Shown: positions 1-13,021 of the stretch, one piece after another | Layout: the number at the start of each line of letters is the position of its first letter | How positions within the stretch are numbered: the stretch's first letter is position 1 | Source of the DNA: Paramecium tetraurelia | Lineage: Eukaryota | NCBI GenBank assembly: GCA_000165425.1 | Contig: CT868677.1 | Coordinates: forward strand, 186,001 to 250,000 | Reading direction: 5' to 3' | Length of the DNA stretch: 64,000 nucleotides | The notes under the pieces: generated by a model | What the model saw: only the letters and a program-made list of their open reading frames with translations | Databases searched by the model: none | What the model was told of the DNA's origin: nothing | Position numbers and translations under genes: made by a program

Positions 1-1474
1 CAATTAGGGACTTGATATGTATGGTTTAGCTTCTACTCCTAATTTATTCATGATGTCTTAATTTTATTATAATAATCCTTTCTACTTTTCAATGACTTCA
101 CTAAAATCTGATTTTTAGAGACTAAATTAGTTAGTAATTTCTTCATTCATATTCCCTACATCTTGTTTATTCCTATATTTTCTCCTTGAAATTTTGAAAT
201 CATTCAGATTCTTCCTTAATTTAATCAGTAATATTTTGAGCTAGACTTTACTCAGATTTCCCTTTCTAAATTCATAAGGATAGAATAATACTTGAGTGCA
301 ACATAGATTTTAAGTGAGTAGAACACCACCCAAGAGGCTGATGAAACTAAATTCTACCTTAATTGAATTCTTTCCAATACAGTAATTGCATGGGATTCTA
401 AAGTTGAAATTACCAAGGAGTTAATAAGAGTGACAACCATAACAGAAATTACAAATATTCCTAAAATACAAACAACGAAGATAACAAATCTTCCTAAATC
501 TGTTCTTGTATAGAAATCTCCATATCCCACTGTAGTGATTGTAATGATAATATTCCATAAAGCATTAGCATATCTACCTAAATTATTATTTGCAGGGTCA
601 TTCCTAGCTAATGGGTTCTCGCATATTCTGACTCCATAACCAAATATGCCAATCAAAGACACTAGAGCTATGAATTATGAAGTATATGGAGAGGTTCTCA
701 TTAATGATTTGGCCACAAACATATAATTACCTTCGCATGCGTAAAGATTGCATACTCTTTGAGTTCTGTTGCTGTACCAAAATGTCTAAGCCAAAATAGT
801 TCTAAAGATAAACACAGTTCTGGTTATCATAAATAGAGCAAGTATTTCATTAACATGATAGTAGGCAGTTGCATCTTGAAAACTATTGTAAAAGTACACT
901 CTCATCCCAATCGTGAAAGGAAAAGGAACTACACAATAAATTATCAATTCTATGAGCATTGGATACCATTGTTCAGTTTGCCATATTCTATCATTTTAAC
1001 TAATTTGTTTTCTTGATTTCAACCAATTCATGTGTTATTAATAACGCAAGACAGTTAAAACTAATAAAACCAATGTAGAGATAAATATGATCCATAATAA
1101 ACAATTTGAAATCTAATTTCTATTTTTAACTAATTACATCCTCGTTCTCTTCTTCAAATTCTAAATCATATTGCATAACACTCAATCCCAAACCCATTAA
1201 ATTGAAAACAAAGCAAATCTATTCAGTCATCAGAAACTTTCTAAATTGTAACTTCGTGATTTTTCCTTAAGAATATTAATTTGGATTACCATCCTCTAAT
1301 CCTCCCAATTGTTGAGTACAAACTACAAATATTTATCCAAGAGTTGCTGCTTTCAAAAAATCAGGTTTTTTAACCAACTATTCATTTTCCAGTTATCTTC
1401 TGCTGCTTCTTTCCTATCTTATTTAATATACTTACGCTAACTTTCCCACTTTATGAGTTTTTCCTTACTTTCAT
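1..1474 (-). CDS. Small-conductance Ca2+-activated K+ channel (SK family), 3' end runs off the window
   Basis: Code-6 translation from ATG at 1474 with two short 5' introns. Several TM helices, S4-like LFMITRTVFIFR, pore signature ALWNIIITITTVGYGDFY and an SK-like C-terminal tail. Confidence 0.88.
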
Positions 1475-2125
1475 TCTAATATAAAAATTAAATCATAATA
1501 TATAAAATTTTACTTATCATTCAAGCGTTATTCAATTATAAAGCAAGTTCATATGATAAATTGGATTTATAAGTTAATTCTTATTGATTGAAATGGAAAA
1601 AGAAAGGAACATGAACCATAATCATAAAACAAGATAAAAGGATTATAATTAAACATTTTTTTGAAACAATATTAATGGATTATATTTAGGATGAACAAAC
1701 CAATGATTGTTAAAAATAGATTAATTATTCATGCTTTGTAATAATATATGTTGTTTGATTTTGTAATTAATACTATATGAATAAATATCTATGTTTTATG
1801 TTTTAGGAATTACTAATTATATTCATAAAAACAATAAATTTTGGTATTTCACATTTTTATAGAGATGAAAAATCATAGACTCTTCGTTTTAATGCTTATA
1901 TTCTCAAGGGACTGCAGTATAATCATATGGAAGAGATTATGAGGATTAAATTAATAAACTTGAATAATCTGATTATTAAGAATAATAGTATTAAAGTTAT
2001 TTCAAAAGTCTATATAGAAATGTGAGTAAGTTAATTTAATTGATTATATATTATTGAAGTTTGTATAATTTTTGTTGTTTATACTTTAATAAATATATTA
2101 GTTAAGATTATTAATAATCTGTTCA

Positions 2126-4232
2126 ATGTCAGACGCTCCAAGAGTAATGAATAATAAAATAATAGAAATTATTTTTTAGAAATACCTCTAACTAGCCATA
2201 ATAACCCCCTGTTGTAAGATAAGTTAACGAGTAACCAAATCAAGAGACCAATGTTTAACCAATAAATTAAACGAAAGATTTGAATTAGATAGGATTGGAT
2301 GTTGTGCAGCCTGGAGAGGTTTCATTGTAGTAGGTAAATGTCGTGTGTTTCAATGGTGTATAACAATTCTCTGGTCTATTAGTGGCTACAAATTATTAAG
2401 TAATATGGTTATTAATTAAAGGTTGTTTTCTCGCCTTAAAGATTCCCTAAAGATTTCAGAAAGGATTACTTTTAGATACCTTATACATTTATGATAAAAG
2501 TGGATAGATCTGTTGATAAGAAATAAAATGATTCAATTATACTTGAGATATCATCGAAGGATGGTAGACAATTGAGATATAGATTTTATAGAGAGCAAAG
2601 TGATGATTGTGCATGTTTATTTAATTTGATCAACAAGAATGCTTACACATTGTAGAAGACAACATTATTTGCATTTACATTTTATAAAGAAATGTAGAAT
2701 TTGGAGAATGAATTCTAAGGGTGGAAGATATACAATATAGAGAAAGACTTTGAGAGGATGGGAGTGTTGATTTAATAAGAAAGTCAACAACAATAAATGA
2801 ATGTGTTATATAAATACGTGAACAATGAGGGTGGATAAATATGCGCTACATATTACAATAGATTGATAGTACCTGCTAGAGTTGATATGGATTGCATACA
2901 GAAAACAGCCAAGTTTAGATCTAAGGAGAGAATACCAATTTTATCATATGCATTTTAAGTGAATGGGAAGATAGTGTCATTGTGGAGAAGCGCATAATGT
3001 AGAATAGGAATAGGATAGATAAGATCATTGGAAGATGAATTATATTTGAAATAGATGTCTTAGCAAATGGTTGACGAACCAGAAAATCAATAGGAGGAGA
3101 TTCAATTAAAAATATTTGATGCTCGTTCAGATGTTAACTCTATAGGGTAATAGACGTCAGGTAAGGGATTCGAAAATCCAATGTATTATAAAAATTGTAG
3201 CATTGAGTTTCTGGAAATCCAAAATATCCATAAAATGAGGGAATCGTAGACGAAGTTGTTGAAAAATTCATTCAGGTAAGGAGTGTATTATTATTTTAGT
3301 GAGACTATATCATTTATCTCTTAATTAGAGATATCATAATGGTACGAACATATTGTATCACTAATACAGGGCGCAGTGAGAATTTCATTGAGTTTAACAA
3401 AGGAGAAGTTGAATGTGTTAGTTCATTGTAATGATGGATGGGATAAAACACCTTAATTAGTGTCTTTGGTGTAGATCATGATCGATGGATATTACAGAAC
3501 TTTCGATGGATTCATGATGTTAATTTAGAAGGAGTGGATAAACAATGGACATTAGTTTTGCTAGAGATCTGCAATTGGTAACAGATAACATAGCGATGAT
3601 TGTCGATCACCAATATTCTTTTAGTTTCTGGATTGTGTCTATCAAATGTTATAACTTTATCCATTATCTTTCGAATTCAATGTCAAATTATTACTGGACT
3701 TGGCGTATCATCATATGTCCTCACTTTTTGGTAGCTTCTTATGCGACTCCTTCTTGGTATTGATTCTCACATTATGAATTCACTCTAGGAAATTCAAAAA
3801 CAAAAAGTCATGGAATCAACAGTGTCCATTTGGTCTTGGGTGATGAAATATAAAGAGAAATATAGAAATGCATATTATTTGAATCCTGGTTCCATCGAAT
3901 AAGAAGTGATTATACCTGAATAATTTACAGGGAAGTCTGTGAAGTTTTGGTAGGAGTATTTTCTCAATTACTCTTCTGAATTCAATGATGTCTATGGAAT
4001 ACACCCCTCCTCTTAATTTACAAGGTAATCCATTTCTATATGGAGTAGGGACAACTTATAAGAAATGTACAAAGCTTTAGCTAAGGAGAACCAAGTCTTG
4101 AGATTGGCTCAAATGGATTAAGAGAAATTGGCCCATCTGAATCAATAGAAGTTCAATTAATTATTTCAAATTATTCAGGAAACTTAAAATGAAAAAATCA
4201 TCGAAAAACTTGAATCCATTCAACTTACATGA
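2126..4232 (+). CDS. Myotubularin-related protein (GRAM-like N-terminus, phosphatase domain, coiled coil), probably catalytically impaired
   Basis: Motifs FRSKERIPILSY, DAR..GKGFEN..YYKNCSIEFLEIQNIHKMRES, VHCNDGWDKTPQLVSL, YYRTFDGF..LIQKEWI.NGHQF, SPIFFQFLDCVYQ. Several tiny introns; stop TGA 4230-4232. Confidence 0.9.
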
Positions 4233-4291
4233 AAATGATTTTTATCTTCTTTATAGGTTATATTATATGGCACTATTAATATTAAAAATAA

Positions 4292-7200
4292 ATGCAATAA
4301 ATACACTCTCACTGTCCATTATGCAATTAATTATAGTATTGTTAGACTATCAGCACAATTTTAATTGAAAACTCAAATAGCTCTTCCACTTTTCTAGAAT
4401 ATGTACTAAACCCTATCATATCTGTGTATTAACTCACAATAGACGATTAAAAATTTATGATGAAACAAAAAAGCATTCAAAATCTTTAGTTTCATCATTA
4501 TGATCATGAAAACAAAGCATTTCCTGTTGACTTCGATGTTCTCTACGGGTTTGACTTTTTTATCTAAGGTTGTCAATTTGTAAAAGAAAACCTATTATCC
4601 GAAGCAAACGAACATTTTGAGATCTTTGATAAGATAAATCTGTTCACTCAACCCATCTTTAAAAGATAGATACCCATTTATTCGAGATTTAGTAATACTT
4701 ATTTTAATGATGTGTGCGATGGACTACTAAATATACTAAAATACTGCTACCAAAAGGTTGAAACTAATGGCAATCCTAATATTAAATAGTTTATACTCCA
4801 AAAATGCTCATAAATACTGCAAAGCATTGAAAATTTTTAAACTTAATCTTAAATATTCAACGAAAATTCTCTATAATTAAAACAAGAAAGAAAAGAGAAA
4901 TTACATAGATCTTAGGTATAATTAGCCTGTTTAAGCGGCAATTTTACTGAAGATGCCGTATTTACACCAACCTACTATAGATTTCTGTAAGATCACAGCC
5001 ACATCAACCAAATAGGTGGTATATTGTTTACTGGCTTAACTCATTCTGCAAAATTATGGGAAATCTTCTTTGCTAAATTGAATGGAGAACAAAGACTCTC
5101 TCATATTACCAGCCTTGTTATTTTTCTGAATAAGTAATATAACGAATCCTATCTTATTTGCTTGCTTAAACTTGCAAAAGGTTTAAAAAGATTCAAAGAA
5201 TATTGGCTCTCATTAGTGATATTTAGTTTCTTTAGAAAGGTAACTATACTGTTTTAAAAGTAATAAAATTTTAATCCATATCTTCCATTCGTGTATGATC
5301 AGATGGCAAAGATATGTCTTTATTTGGGATAGCATAATGAGGCCTATTAATATTATTTGAAAGCCTACGAAAAGTCAAAGAATTGCAGTGATTTATACAT
5401 TGAAAGTAAAGATAAGACAAAATTCAGTTATAAATTAAAATATAAACTAATGATCTTAGCTTTATTTCTGTAACATTCATAGGCAGCTGTAGAAATAGTG
5501 AAGGAATTACAATCTGATAGAATATCTGCGCCTTATCACATTAATGTCTTTACTAATTATCTCAAAGAGTATTTAGATGATATTTCAATATTTAATAACA
5601 CTTAGAAATATCGAAAATGCGAATAGTTTTTGAAACATCTATCAAAAGTAGTCAGAAGCAACTTGAATAGTATTTAAATTCCTTAGGATGACATAAAAGA
5701 ATCTTCTAATTTAATTGAACTAAAGGATAAGGGCATCCCCAAAGTCACTCTAAAATAAAAGATTGAATATTAATTCAAATTCAATTCCTTTTTCTAAATC
5801 CTCCAGTTTTATCTAATTCTTGTATGTCATATGAAAAACGATCAATTGAGTTCAAAACACTTTTTTGAATAATAGGAGATCCTGGATTAATTTTTGTAAT
5901 ATATCGATTGTAAATTGTATACTACTTTACATAATGTAATTGAATAATTCTCATACCCGTAAGATTGTTATGAGAATTTACTAATGTGTCACTTTTATCA
6001 GTATCTATCTATGTATGATTAATCCAAAAAACGTTTGTTATTGTATGAAAAAATAAAGTAAGAAACTAAGAGCAAATATAACAATCAAGAATCTCTATCT
6101 TTTAATAGAATAATAGAGAATTATAGAAGTTCCATTTAATAAAATCGCGAAGAGACATTTTTAGAATTTATCTTACCCTCCTCTGATACTGTTGAAGCAC
6201 AATTCCAAATCGGAGTTAGGCACTTGTAAGATGGCAGATATAAAGAGGCTGTCTAATATTTATAGAAAGTTGGATAGAATCCAGCATATAGGGATTTGTG
6301 CAAATCTCATCTATTAAAATTAGTGTAATAATCGAGAGAGAATTTAGCAATTGTGAATTCATCTTTAAGCAAGGAAGATATTCATGAAATTATCAAAGAA
6401 ATTGATTTCGATAGACTCACTTTGATTTAGACTCGAAGGAATACGTAATATCTAGAACGCTCTAGGTAATCATATTAATCGGAAGTGAAAATGAGCTATA
6501 ATTACTTAATAGAATCTAAGTCTTTATCTCAAATTTCTAGGAACGGCTCTGTTGTTAATGATTACTATTGTTAGAATTCTACTGTACATGAATTAAAAAG
6601 GTACTTAAATGATCAAGAAATTACTGAATTAATAGACATAATAGAGGATGATTTCAAAAATATACAATAGTTCGATTCAAACAGCTTTTAAAGTAGATAT
6701 CCAAAACATGAAAGTTTTAATGAAGCAAATTTGATAATGTTCAGTAATGAGAATGAGAAGATAGTAATGAAAATAAAGGAGGTATCTGAAATTCAATTAG
6801 ATAAATTAAAGAGTAATCTCAAAGATATCTTGGTTGAAATTCTAGCATAGATAGTTGTAAATAAATTAAATTATAGAGGATTTGCTCAATTAATCACTTT
6901 GTACTATCAATTCAATATCTCTTAAATATATGCAAGCAATCTAAAATTTTATTTGATCTTTCCTTATTATGAACCATTGCCAAAGATGAATATCAAATAA
7001 TTGAAAGATTTGACTCTATCGATTAAGATTCTCAATCATAATTAATTTATTCATAGAGATCTAAAACCCCAGAATATTTTAATGAAGGATGGGAATCCTG
7101 TGATCATTGATTTTGACTGTTCATACTTTTTGGTACCTAAATTACAAAAATGGTTAAGAGGAAAAGGATTAACAAATAAGTACTATCCAAAAAATGATGT

Positions 7201-7342
7201 TGAATAAGATAAAGTAGATATCTATTCGTTAGGAATTATTGGAAGGGAAATAGATTATTGTCCTGAAGAATTTTACTAAGGAGCGACAGCTGAATATGAT
7301 AACAGGTACTCATTACTTAAGTTATTGGAAATGTTAAATTGA
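4292..7342 (+). CDS. Large TPR-like helical protein with a C-terminal divergent protein kinase domain (about 1016 aa)
   Basis: Continuous code-6 frame of 3051 nt. TPR-like EAQFQIGVRHLQDGRYKEAVQYLQKV; kinase motifs IHRDLKPQNILM, DFD and DKVDIYSLG. Confidence 0.8.
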
Positions 7343-7562
7343 TTCTAAACTATGTAATTATTATATTAATAACCAATGTAAAGAATACGACAACTTTATT
7401 TCTATTTATAATTTTGATCCTTAATTAAATAATGTTTAATTTACACTATAATGGAATGAGGGAATCTGAGTTATGTGAAAATTGTATATATTATAATTAA
7501 TAGTATAAAAGAAGTTAGAGAAAGAAAAGCAGATGTCATCAAAATATATAATGATATAATCA

Positions 7563-9564
7563 TCAAGAATATTGCAATGAATTCTAAGTTTTCTGTTACA
7601 TTTATGATTCCAAATACTCTCTGTATTTTAACGTCAATGCTCTTTTCTTTTTGTTCTTACCTCTCTTTGTTACTGAGTGTTATAGTATGTTGTTCAATAT
7701 TCCCATTCTGCTAGTTCTTTATGAATATTACTCACTCCCATCCATTCTCAAACTCAATTATTCATAAACCACACTGGAGTCTCTACTACTGTTGCAATTC
7801 TGCAACTTTGAGTTATTGCTGTGATATCTCATTCTATCATCCAAATCATTTAGATAGAGAGTTGCCTTGATTGGCCATTGTTTCTCAATATTTTATTCCA
7901 GTTTCACTTATTTTGGTAATTGGACGTAAATAGTCTTCTGTTACAAAGTGTTAATATTTACAGAATCTTCTGGAGATAGATTGTGCATTCTTTTTAAAAT
8001 TGTCATTTTATTTCTTATCACTTGATTGAATCTATCTGGTGTAGATAATTAGTTTCTTTCTTATTGTCTATTGGAAACTAGTTTAATTTTTGGTAAGGGT
8101 TATAACTTATCAGGAGAAGGCAAATAAATAGTATTTCTATTTTTTGTTTTTGAATTATTAATGCTTGTATTTAGTTCTACTAATTATTCATTCATTTAAC
8201 CTTGAGTATCATCTATTGAAGTAAGATAATTCAATGTATTTTTTAGTTCTGCGATTGGACTTACACACAAAATAGTATCAGTCATCTATTTCGAATCATT
8301 AAGTATTTTAGTAGGTGAATCTAATTTATTAAACGAATTATTCAAATGACTCTATTTCTGATCCTAAATGGTTAAGAAATGTTAATATTTTTCTTAAGTC
8401 TGTTCAATGCTGCTTTTGAAATCATGGTACCATTTATGCTTTTTCAAACATAAAGCTCTTAATTATTACACATAATGCTATTCGTTAAATTAAGATAATT
8501 TTTAATATAATGATTATAAGGGAATGATTATTAAACTTGCTGTGTGTGAATTACATTAGACATTAAATTACCTAGGTACTCTTTCAAATGCTTCATAATC
8601 TCCAAACATCTCGCCTGTTGTCATAATGGCAATTTATTTTCTCACTTTGGTTTGCTACTACTCGTTCATCTTTTATTCCTAATACATTAAGAACTCCCCT
8701 TATTTAATAATGTAAATAGTATCAGAATCACTCTAACCCTACTTATAAATTATATCTCTAAATTTATAATCAGATGATTAATAAGCAAACAACATCAGAT
8801 TGATTAATTTCTTATTTAAACCTTAAAAACTTGGATTCAACTTGAAATTATTCATTCGATGCTGCTCCTTCTTCTTCTCCAAAATTTAAACAGCTGTTGT
8901 ATAATTTTCTCTAGTCAAAATTGCCAAAGCAGAATCGATATCACACACCGCAATATTGGTTCTTAGTCGCTAATCTAAAATAGCTTATTCACCAAATGTC
9001 TTCCAGTCCTTAAATTCAGTTAAACGAACTAAACTAAACGAGAGATAAATTTATATTTACCTTTTGACCTTAAAATCAGAAAATCTGATTCTATTTGCGT
9101 AAGGAGACTCTCTACCATAGTCTACACTTACCGAATGCTTTCTTGTCGTTGTTTGGTCTATTAAATGATCATTAGAATACAGAGACACCTATCCTCGTAT
9201 TACCACATACATGTTATGAGGCTACTCTCCCTTTTCAAAAATAACTGTATTCTATATAAACCATAGAGAATGATATTCATACTTTTTAAAAGGTTTCAAA
9301 TGTAAGATGCTTCAAACAATAATCATATGCTTCGTAATCAATATTCTCAACTTAAAATTGATGGAAGAAATCCACTTTAGAAATTATGATTCTCATTAAC
9401 TATAAAATTTCTGCCTTCCTCTCTTAAATTGGGCATTATAATATATTTATTAAAAGCTATTATTTCTGCGGCATAGTAAGATCATTTATTGACTCAAGTA
9501 GTCTTGTCTAGTTACGTTTATTACCTAATTCAATCGTCACTTATTATTATTATTATTAATACAT
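7563..9564 (-). CDS. Cyclic nucleotide-binding domain protein (two cNMP-binding domains)
   Basis: VIFEKGEQPHNMYVVIRGQVSL, LKDWKTFGEQAILDQRLRTNIAVC, IIYKQGQSDSDTIYIIKQGEF, IMTTGEMFGDYEAF. Start is 9564 (MYQQQQQQV) or an internal ATG near 9474; the 3' end depends on two inferred 25-nt introns. Confidence 0.8.
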
Positions 9565-9569
9565 AATTA

Positions 9570-10202
9570 ATGGATATCAATCTTGGTGAAATATTTATTC
9601 CAAATGATTATACCTTAACTGATTTCAAATATCAAGATATCGAAATTTAGCTTTACTCACTCAATAGCGGATCAACTGATTTCGATCTCACTGGCCAAAT
9701 CATTTGGCCTGCTTCCATTGAATTAACCAAATTTATCATTGATAACAATCAATTATTTAAGGATAAGAATGTCCTAGAATTAGGAGCTGGTGCAGGATTA
9801 TGTGGCTTTGTTGCAGCTAAGTATGCAAAAAATGTGATTATCACAGATGGTAATCAAATTGTCCAGGATCTCATTACTAAAAATATCGAGCATCTTAAAT
9901 TAAATAATGTCTAAGGATCATTGTTCTAATGGGGATATGAGAATAGCAAGGCATTTAAAGATATTGATATCATAATCGGAGCTGATATCATCTTCTGGCC
10001 TCAATCTATTGTTCCTCTATATGAGACTGTCAAATATTTCAATGAATAAAACGAAAATATTCAAATGTTTGTATCTGGAATCAAAAGATATTAACAAACA
10101 GAGGATGAAATTGATAATCTATTAACTTCAATCAAAAGACCAAGAGTTTTGATAAAATAAATCAATGATTATAAGCAAATTGTTTATATTTATAAATTAT
10201 GA
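9570..10202 (+). CDS. SAM-dependent lysine methyltransferase (METTL21/Methyltransf_16 family)
   Basis: Intronless 210-aa frame: DLTGQIIWPASIEL, VLELGAGAGLCG, IITDGN, LFQWG, DIIIGADIIFW. Confidence 0.92.
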
Positions 10203-10456
10203 CAAGTTGATGATATTATACATTATTAAGCGAAGCATATTTTCTTTATTTTAAATTTATAAAATGAATAGTAAATGTATTATTCTTATTTTTTGATGTC
10301 ATGTTGTTGGTCAAGTTTTTCAGGATAATATTCTAGTTATAAGTAGATATATAAGTTTTATTAGAAATTATTATAATATTGTTTAATTCATAAAAGAAAA
10401 TTATTTGATTATCAACTATAAAACATAGAATAAATTCATCTCAAAATTATTATATA

Positions 10457-12359
10457 TCAAGGGATTATTTTAATTTATGCGTTTGCTAAGCAGGCAAATA
10501 GAGATAGGTTTCCATTCAATTCAGAAAGAGGAAATCCAATCTATATGATAGCAAAATCTAATTACCTTGATTCCTCCAATACCAATTTCTAAGGAATTTT
10601 TGGATATGATTATTTTCAGATTAAAATATGCTCTAAAAAGATTCTTATATTTTTATTTGCTTTTTTATTTTCCATCTTTAAAAGCACCTTATATTTAGAA
10701 TTTTTATTTACTTCCTTAACTGTTAAGACTATGGACTCCTTTCTGTGGTTTTCCTGTTTCTCTAGGTAATTGAAAATTATTCCAATCAATTAATCCTATT
10801 TCTATTTCCTAAAATATTTTTATTGACTTTATACTGATTATTTATCATATTCTTAAATAAGTACTTCTAATTTAATATTTGCAGTTTTATTAAAGAAGCC
10901 ATCAAACAAAACAAATCCCAATTTTGACTTGGCAGTTTTGAAATTATCTAATAACTCTACTTATCCTATCATAAATTACTTTGTAAAGAATGCCAACTTT
11001 CCATTAAGCTCATTGAATTCTGGATTTTTGGCATCTTTTACATGTTCTGAAATTTTGTTTTATATTTGTTGAACCTAAGTTACTTCCTTTTTTTTTTAAT
11101 TTAAATTTAATTTCTTAGGTTGTTTTTAATCATTAGCTTAAGGTTTTACTTCTTAAGTTATTACTGGGTTCTTTTTTACTTTTGATTCTATTTTAGATTC
11201 TTAAGAAATTTCCTTGTTTTAATAATAATTTTATTGTATTTTCTCAACTTAATTAAACCCTTAGAAATTAAGAGAAGGCTCCTACTTAGCATCTTGTTAA
11301 CGTTCCTTATACGAAAAATACTCATTTTGCTTTTACTCAGCTTATTTATATCCTTTTAAAGGAGGGTAACTTTCTGGTGTCTATTCATAGGAAATTTTAT
11401 TCTAAATACAGTCTACTTACGAGTTATCTGCATAATTAAATCTTTATTGATTTATAGGACGCTCTGGCTTAGAGTCTTAGGTATATTCATTAAATTAATA
11501 ATAGTCTTATTAAACTTTCTCTACTTATTTATATCCTTTCAAAGGAAGGAGAGCCTCAGTTTTAGATTCTTAAGCATAATCCTAATTCTAAAAATAGTCT
11601 AATTGGGATTTCTCAACTTAATTATAACCTTATAGAGTTGTAGGATGTATTGGTTTAGATTATGAATTTTATTCCTTAAATTAATAATATTCTTATTGTG
11701 TTTACTCACCCTATTTATGTCCTGATGAGGATGGTAGGTCAACTTGATTTTCCTTTATTTTCTTTTAGTTTAAAGTCGTGGATTTCTCTATTTACTATAT
11801 CATATATTTTTGATGGGAAAATGATTGTGTTAGGGAGCCAAAAATACCTTCAAACTAAATATCCTTTAATTTACAAAATTAATTGATTATGTCTTGAATT
11901 TCATTATAGATATTATTGTTGTAAAAATTCAAACATTTAGTTTGATATCCTTCAAATTAGAAGTAAGTTTCAAAATGATCCAATTAAATATTCTCGTTTA
12001 CTATACAATTTTATATTTGTGTTTCTAAGTCCACTAAACACAATCTAAATAAAAATTATAGTTTACTCAAATATTTCTTCAAGTTCCTATTTGACAAGTT
12101 TTTGGATTCTACTTTCAATTGAATCAAATAAATTATCTAATTTTTCTTTTGCTAAGGAAATGTATTGAAATTTTCTCTCATCATTTTATTAGGTTGCATT
12201 TGTTGATTTTTTTTCAATCAAATATGATTTAAATTATTTAATAGTTAACATTTTGTGTTCTAACTCTTGATGTTGAAGGAAATTGGTCCAATTAGTTATT
12301 AATTTCTCTGATAGGTTGCATCTCTCATCAACGCAGTATAATTAATCACTCATAAACAT
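10457..12359 (-). CDS. Hypothetical Gln-rich protein with N-terminal Cys/His motif, internal ~31-aa repeats and a beta-rich (SPRY-like) C-terminus
   Basis: Open code-6 frame from ATG 12359, one 25-nt intron near the 3' end, TGA at 10457-10459. Confidence 0.65.
11200..11660 (-). repeat. About five degenerate ~90-96 nt coding repeats, consensus roughly (Q/K)G(Y/F)NQxEKxQxDY(F/Y)Q
   Basis: Units LQGYNQVEKSQLDYFQ, LKGYNKQEKVQQDYYQ, QQRFNYADNSQVDCIQ, LKGYKQAEQKQNEYFS, FQGFNQVEKIQQNYYQ. Confidence 0.7.
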
Positions 12360-12586
12360 AAATAACAATAATTAAAAAGAAAATTAAGTTTGATTATCGG
12401 AATTGATAAAAACATAAGTCATTTTTCAAAATCCTATTAATGAATACATAAGGGTAATTAGATCTATCATCATTTAGAATAAGCCTTAATGAAATGTATA
12501 TTGGGATTAAAAGTATGAGTTGTCAATATGTATATACATTCATAATGTTTATGATTGTTCTTTATATTTTATATATTTATCATATA

Positions 12587-12933
12587 TCAATCTCCTCTCT
12601 TCCAATTTAAGACTTCCTCAATCAATGCATCAGTGTAATTAATCTTATATCTGGAAAATATTTTCTATATTAAGTAATATCTAATACTTGCAAGTCCTCC
12701 TTGTCTTCTTTATCATTACTTCCTGATGATTTTGGCTTTTCATTATTTTCTTTCATTTTCTTAAGTAATTTTGACATTAACTTCTCTAAAATAAATTAAG
12801 TTGATTAAATACAATCTTCTTTTGTGAAATATACTTTTTCATCTCCTTTATCTTTGTCTTTCAAGACATCTGCAAATCCAAATCTTGGTTGACATTTTGG
12901 TATTCTTGCTAATGTAATTAAAAATTTATTCAT
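12587..12933 (-). CDS. IF1: Mitochondrial ATP synthase inhibitor IF1, ciliate type
   Basis: About 98 aa after two introns (27 and 23 nt). Basic presequence MNKFLITLARIPKCQPRFGF, inhibitory segment DEKVYFTKEDQKLMSKLLKKM and C-terminus IFSRYKINYTDALIEEVLNWKRGD, matching my recollection of Tetrahymena IF1. Confidence 0.8.
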
Positions 12934-13021
12934 AATATTAATATCTTCAATAATTAAATGAAATGCTCTATATTTGTTAGTGTAATATAATTGGAAATAA
13001 TATAATAACTAAATAATTGAA

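Noticed and set aside
9541..9558. (TTA)n microsatellite
   Set aside because: It is explained as a poly-Gln (TAA) tract on the minus strand or as ordinary low-complexity sequence.
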